Below are positions 28,601-33,529 of a stretch of 33,529 nucleotides of DNA, one piece after another. The notes under the pieces were generated by a model. The model searched no databases, had not been told where the DNA came from, and worked only from the letters and a program-made list of their open reading frames with translations. Each line of letters starts with the position of its first letter. Position 1 is the stretch's first letter. The stretch is taken from contig SNRW01000058.1 of assembly GCA_008636045.1 (NCBI GenBank), forward strand, positions 1 to 33,529, given 5' to 3'. A program made the translations under genes and the position numbers. Source of the DNA: Streblomastix strix. Lineage: Eukaryota.

Positions 28601-31600
28601 CTATCGTATTCTCTCGTTTTTATAAACAACTTCAATAATTTAACAAATATTACTAAAGAAGAAATACTATTAGTACTGATTAATAATTTGGATCATATAA
28701 ATAATAATATTTATAACAGTAACAATATTAATTAAATGATGAATATATAAAAAGAGTAAGAGACTGGATAAGAAATAAAGAAAAGATGAAATAAAGAAGA
28801 AAGAATAGAATTAATATGAGAAAAAGAATAAGAGAAAATGTTGAACAAAATATTAATAAAGAAAAAGATTTTATTAATAAAGATGAAATAAATAAAGAGG
28901 GCATATATCCTTAATTAATTAAAGAAGATAATCAAATTGTTGATATAAATGATTCATTCCATCCTTTCATCAATATTTCATTTGCAATATAAGAAATAGT
29001 ATCATTAGCTATTACAATTATTAATGAATATCACTTCAGGTAAATTAGAGAAAGTGAAATTATTATGAACATTGAGAATGGAAAAGAGATGGAAAAAGAG
29101 AAAGAAAAAGAAAAAGAAGTTAAAATTGAAACAGAAAAAGAATTGGAAAAAGAAAAAGAAGTTAAAATAGATGCATCTAATCAATAAAACATAATATCGC
29201 CAGATGCATTCTCGTTCTTAATTTAAGAGCCTTCTTCTTAAACTTCAAAATAAGATAATTCTTAGGATATTCATAAATCGCAATAAATATCTTAACAATA
29301 AACTACTTCATCTTTGTAATAATAACTTCCTGATGAATCGCCGTACAAGTCTCTTTAATTATAATTGTAGTAATTAATTCCATTATAAATAATATAACAA
29401 TTAGAATAAGAAAGAGATTGTTTAATATCGTAATTTATGAAGTAATGTCATAATTCTATTAAATATATTGGTCCCCATATTGATAAAATGATTGGATATT
29501 TGAGTCTGTTACTCCCTTAATAAAAAGAATAATAAGAATAAAGAGGAATAGATAGAGAAGGAAGTGTAAATGAAGATAATGATGAATAAGCTGAATAATA
29601 TTTAGATTAAGAAGAAGATGGATTTGAATTTCGAGTTTAACATGGATTTGGAGGATTAAGAGGAAGAGGAAGAGGTGGAATTAGAATGTCTAGCAGAATG
29701 TTTGGCCAAAGATATAATGCAAGTATACTAGATGCATTTATGAATTAATTTGAAGATGGGAATGGGTTTGTAGATGATGTTGATAATATTGCACATAGTG
29801 ATGATGACGATGATGATGGTAGTGTTAGTCTTAGTAATAGTAATGAGAATAGCAATAACATTATTAGATCAAGAAGAAGGCCACTATAACTTGATTAGAA
29901 CTTATAATAAGATAATCAATTTGGATATATTAGCAGTCATCGTATTCATACTCATCGTCAGGAGCCTCATATTGCATCTTTTAATTTAAGTAATTTGGAT
30001 ATAAATGATAATTAGAATTAATAAGAATAATAAGCTTCTTCTTCTTCCTCTTCTTCTTCCTCTTCTTCTTCTTCCTCATAAATATAAAGAAAGAAATTAA
30101 AAGAAGTTAATTTATACTCCAAATATGTGAAAAGATTCAGATATTAATAACCAGATGAATAATAATAATAATAATCACAATCATAAATACAACGCACAAC
30201 TCCAACAAATAATGTAAGTGAATAAATAAATAAAAGAACTCCATCACCCCCACCTCCCCCATAATCCCCTTCTTCTGCATAATAGAGAAATAGATAACTG
30301 AATAATAGAATGAATATTGACATGAATATTGGAAGAGAAGACAAGGATATTTTATAGAGGAGAATACTGACTGAGATTGCTGATGATATTAGTGATCTAT
30401 TCAAGTAAGTATACACAAGTATTGATGAAGATGAAGATTAGAATACTTATTCTTCTACTTAATAATAAAGAAAAAGGAATATCAATAATCCTCTGGCTAT
30501 TTATGGAATTGAGAAAGATGAAGATATTCTTACAATTCTTAGTGAATAGACACTTATACGCGTTAATATCATCGAAAACGAAAAATGGAAAATATTAAAA
30601 GATTAATAAAATAATTAAGTTAGCAAGTATAATAACTTAGCAAATGCGATATAAGAATAAATATAAGCAATGAATATTGAATAAGTTTAATCAGAAATTA
30701 AATGTTCTTCTTCATCATCTTCATCTTCCTCTTTAGAATCTGCTCCAACTTAGATCTCATCATCAACTTTGAACACTGATAATACTCAAACATCTGATTC
30801 ATTGTTATTTTCTTCATTATTACACTTATAATCCTTAACCCAAAATGAAAGTATTATTACACCTTAATAAGAATAATAACCAATAACTGCTCCATAACGT
30901 AATGTATAATAAGACAGATCTTCTTTAAATTCTCCTCTTGTTACTCCGATTCAATTAACTAATGCTAATTAACCAACTTCTCAAACTAATTAATAATAAT
31001 CAATAAGTAATTCACTTATATCATAAGTATAATCCTCAACTATTACTCCTAAATCTTAATAAACATCTACTTTATAAACTTAATAAAAATAATAATAGAC
31101 TAAACCACAAATATTAACAGAATAATAACAATAATTATAAATATTATAAAAAGGCTTATAATTTGCGTAATAAGGACCTTTTCCCCAACAATCTTCTGAT
31201 ATTCTTCATCCTCATTTATTTAAATTAAGAAGCATTGCATTCAGATCATTTATTTAATCATATTTCCCACTTCTAGCCCCTTCAATTGATATTTATTTAA
31301 CATCTGCATTTATTGCTTCAAGATTTGATGTTACTCTGTCAAATGAAGAATAGCAGAGAATTCTTCTGAGTAAATTTGGAAATATCGCTTAATTCCTAAC
31401 AATTGATGAATAAGAATAAAAGAGAAATGAAATTTAAGATAAAGAAAGAAAATAGAAAGAAAAAGAATAAAATTAAATAAATGAAAATGAAAAAGGAATA
31501 TTAACATTTGATCAAAGTCAGTCAATATAAAGAGATTATACATATGAAGAAGAGAATGAAGATGATTAATAAATAGAAGTAGTTAGTAATATGAGTGCAA

Positions 31601-32868
31601 TACAATAATTTGGAATGATACACAGTTAGCTTGTTAATTATATTATACAGCACAATACATCTATGATTATTCCTCATTCTATATTCTAGACAGTACTAAG
31701 AATACCTTCTTGCATATCATTTAATAATAAAAGGGTCTTGTTTAAGAGAATGCTTATTCATCATATTTAATAGTAGATGCAATAATCTGGAAGAGGAATG
31801 AATTCCATTCATTTATCAGTAAGTAGAAAAAGGATTCTTTAAGATACATTTAGTGCATTAGGAGGAAAATCAGTCTCTGAAATGTATAATAGATTGAGTA
31901 TTGAATTTAAGAATGAGAAAGGTGTGGATGCAGGTGGTTTATCTCGCGAGTTCTTCATTAGTCTTTCAAACTCAATATTTGATTAGAATTATGCTTTATT
32001 TGTTCCTTGTTAGAACAGAACTACTTTCTAACCAGATCCTCGTTCATTAATAATGGATTAAAATAATGTATAAATTTTCAGCTTTGTTGGAAGAATAATT
32101 GCAAAGGCAATCTGTGATGAAATGTTAATGGACGTTCATTTTACAAAATCATTCTTCAAACATATTCTTGGAATTCCTCTTCAATTCTAAGACATGGAAG
32201 GAGTAGATCATTAAATGTACAATTCATTGCTATGGGTAATGCAAGCAACTTCTGAATAACTTGAGTAAGCTGAAACTACATTTGAAATTAATATGGATTA
32301 CTTTGGATAAATGAGAAGTATTGAATTAGTTCCAAATGGAAAAAATATTCCAGTTACCATAGCAAATAGAGCAGCATATGTATAATTAATGACTGAGTCA
32401 AGAATGTCGAATGATATTAAGCAGTAGATTTAAGCATTTAAAAGAGGATTCTATTAATTAATACCATTAAGACTGATATCAATATTTGATGTTAATGAAT
32501 TAGAATTGCTCATTTCAGGTCTTCCTGATATTGATGTAGAAGATATGAAGAAGAACACAATGTATGAAGGCACCTACACTGAAGAATCAAATGTTATTAA
32601 ATGGTTCTGGAAAGCAGCAGAATCTTTCTCTCAGGAAGAAAGAGCCAGACTTGTGCAGTTTATTACTGGATCAAGCAAGGTGCCTGTTGGTGGATTTATT
32701 CATGATAGGCTGAAGATATGCCATATATCAGGCGGTGATAGAAGACTTCCTTCTGCACATACATGTTTCAAGCAACTTGACCTTCCTAACTATTCTACTT
32801 ATGAAATCTTGAGAGAGAAACTCCTATTCGCAATTAATGAAGGTGGTGAAGAGTTTAATATTGTTTGA
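91..32868 (+). CDS. HUWE1: Giant HUWE1/Tom1/UPL1-family HECT E3 ubiquitin-protein ligase (about 10,925 codons with TAA/TAG=Gln; probably 5'-partial; two internal in-frame TGA at 3310 and 9154)
   Basis: Frame +1 read manually across the window shows no frameshift. Under TAR=Gln the only TGAs are 3310, 9154 and the terminal 32866-32868. The first ATG is at 100. Module order is UBA-like (10051), UIM (10621), UBM-like (21811-22104), pre-HECT helices (FGMIHSQLVNYIIQHNTSMII...ISFNNKRVLFKR, about 31609-31749), then HECT ending ...LLFAINEGGEEFNIV*. This is the HUWE1/Tom1/UPL1 architecture. The family call is from motif recognition, not a database search. Confidence 0.85.
9616..9825 (+). repeat. Degenerate 21-bp (heptad) coding repeat, about 10 units of x-x-Q-S/A-E-Q-R; coiled-coil-like
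   Basis: QLGQGQR QSGSQQR LIQSEQR IIQSEQR VRDSQQR ARQAEQR IGQAEQI VRQQEQR TRQSEQH ESIGEQR; gaataaaga recurs with 21-nt spacing. Confidence 0.85.
10051..10170 (+). other. UBA-like ubiquitin-associated domain
   Basis: DEITAVLLSMSIQNEIAQQSVDVTGGNSEEEAIEYASMLM fits the UBA pattern (L..MGF....A..AL..T.g.n.e.A.eyL) with MGF diverged to MSI. It lies just upstream of a UIM, as in HUWE1. Confidence 0.7.
10420..10572 (+). repeat. 66-bp in-frame tandem duplication (about 2.3 copies; SIQQEQEQQNDNLLHPPSSLHQ)
   Basis: Units 10420-10485 and 10486-10551 are near-identical, with a partial third copy at 10552-10572. The repeat lies between the UBA and UIM. Confidence 0.95.
10621..10680 (+). other. Ubiquitin-interacting motif (UIM)
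   Basis: EELDEDAMLLMALQMSEQQI has an acidic run followed by L-x-x-A-L-x-x-S, the UIM consensus. Confidence 0.8.
19654..19686 (+). repeat. (GAT)11 coding microsatellite (poly-Asp)
   Basis: Eleven consecutive in-frame GAT codons followed by GAC. Confidence 0.95.
21811..22104 (+). other. UBM-type ubiquitin-binding repeats (HUWE1/Tom1 DUF4414-like region)
   Basis: RLSPTVLAELPEEIREEILANQLRER matches the UBM consensus (dP.fLaaLP.diR.EvL). It is followed by a degenerate LMINMMGNEERNEVYLQLGQQQLERLPVGLREEADRIRQ that resembles the next HUWE1-family motif. Confidence 0.8.
30037..30078 (+). repeat. Poly-Ser tract (14 codons, TCT/TCC/TCA)
   Basis: tcttcttcttcctcttcttcttcctcttcttcttcttcctca in frame +1. 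Confidence 0.9.
31801..32865 (+). other. HECT catalytic domain (N-lobe plus C-lobe), catalytic Cys codon TGT at 32764-32766
   Basis: Translation shows hallmark HECT motifs: LSVSRKRILQDTF, IEFKNEKGVDAGGLSREFF, FVGRIIAKAI, HFTKSFFKHILG, IELVPNGKNIPVT, FDVNELELLISGLPDID, VIKWFW, RLVQFITGSSKVPVGGF, RLPSAHTCFKQLDLP. A terminal -4 Phe (FNIV) is present. The provided ORF 32506..32868 is only the tail of this domain. Confidence 0.97.
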
Positions 32869-33000
32869 AACAATAATAAAGGCTCAAAGTCGAACTTTTT
32901 TTATTTTAATCAATTTTTATTAGAAGTCAATAAATATTAAATGAAATGATAATATTTTATTTGTAATATTATATATGAATTGTTTAGTAAATGCATCCTA
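32869..33000. terminator. 132-bp spacer containing the 3' UTR/polyadenylation region of two convergent genes
   Basis: Bounded by the two facing TGA stops. It is T/A-run rich and loses the coding periodicity. AATAAA hexamers occur at 32875 and 32929, which is weak evidence in such AT-rich DNA. Confidence 0.55.
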
Positions 33001-33528
33001 TCACTCTTATTATTGTTTCTTATGGGATCTTTAACTTTCTTTATCTTTTCCTGATCTCAATTATGATTCTAATCCACTCTCAAAGTCATTGTGAGATTGT
33101 ATGTCAGATGTTTATTAATCATAATTAGTTATTCCATCCTCATATCCTGTTGTATGAGTCTCTTCTCTCCTCCATTCATATTTCAGACCAGAATCTTCCT
33201 TATTACTGACTCCATTACTTCTATCACTACTCTTATTGCTTAAATGAGATTGTGGCTATCTTTATGACTTTGATGATTATTGTTATTGGGGAGATCGTGT
33301 TGAATCATTCTAATATTAACTTGTATTAGAATAAGATGAAGATTGAATACTTCCAGGTGTTATCACTGAGAATGTTTGACTCTAAGCAAATGGTGTTGAA
33401 GCAGATTTGATACGATTTGTACTACTCGATGTTGGAGTTTAAGAATATTTTTGTTATTCGTGATATGGAAGATTCTACTATTATAGATATTATTCTTATT
33501 CTTTATTTTGTTATTTAGACTTCGATTC
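33001..33528 (-). CDS. 3' end (about 175 aa) of a convergent hypothetical protein, Ser/Gln-rich low-complexity tail; 5'-truncated by window edge
   Basis: The minus-strand frame is open under TAR=Gln: ESKSKQQNKEQEQYLQQQNLPYHEQQKYSQTPTSSSTNRIKSASTPF...SGLKYEWRREETHTTGYEDGITNYD...LRSGKDKESQRSHKKQQQE, then TGA at 33003-33001. Codon style matches the big gene. No recognisable domain. Confidence 0.8.
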
Positions 33529-33529
33529 T

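Noticed and set aside
1381..31543. The many short F/L/I/Y/S-rich ORFs in the supplied track (mostly minus strand, look like membrane proteins)
   Set aside because: They are antisense or off-frame shadows of the purine-rich frame +1 gene computed with the wrong code. None has a recognisable domain.
32506..32868. A stand-alone 120-aa HECT fragment or a pseudogene riddled with stops
   Set aside because: The HECT N-lobe continues upstream in the same frame once TAA/TAG are read as Gln, and conserved motifs are intact.
32458..32868. Absence of TAA/TAG in the last ~136 codons, suggesting UAR might also act as stops near 3' ends
   Set aside because: Only three Gln codons are involved, and the convergent gene has TAA TAA two codons before its TGA, so there is no consistent depletion.
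32869..33000. SECIS element explaining the internal TGAs as selenocysteine
   Set aside because: Only tiny AT-rich hairpins are visible (aaagt-cga-acttt; ataatatt/aatattat), with no convincing SECIS core or stem. The TGAs are in charged helical contexts, not redox motifs. A SECISearch run would settle it.

Overview
Very AT-rich eukaryotic nuclear DNA that does not use the standard genetic code. TAA and TAG are read as Gln and genes end at TGA (table-6-like, as in oxymonads such as Streblomastix, hexamitid diplomonads and many ciliates), so the supplied standard-code ORF track is almost entirely artefactual. I read frame +1 codon by codon. It forms one apparently intronless reading frame from about 91 to 32868 (about 10,925 codons, probably 5'-truncated). 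It encodes a hugely expanded HUWE1/Tom1/UPL1-type HECT E3 ubiquitin ligase with UBA-like, UIM, UBM-like and C-terminal HECT modules in the canonical order. I found only two internal in-frame TGA codons (3310-3312 and 9154-9156), and the frame and composition run on unchanged through both. They point to context-dependent UGA readthrough, in-frame micro-introns or point errors. Long lysine-free tracts (846 codons around the UBA/UIM) sit inside an otherwise Lys-rich protein. A convergent, 5'-truncated gene on the minus strand ends at TGA 33003-33001, leaving a 132-bp spacer. The first 207 bp are a perfect 88-bp fold-back, most likely an amplification or assembly chimera.
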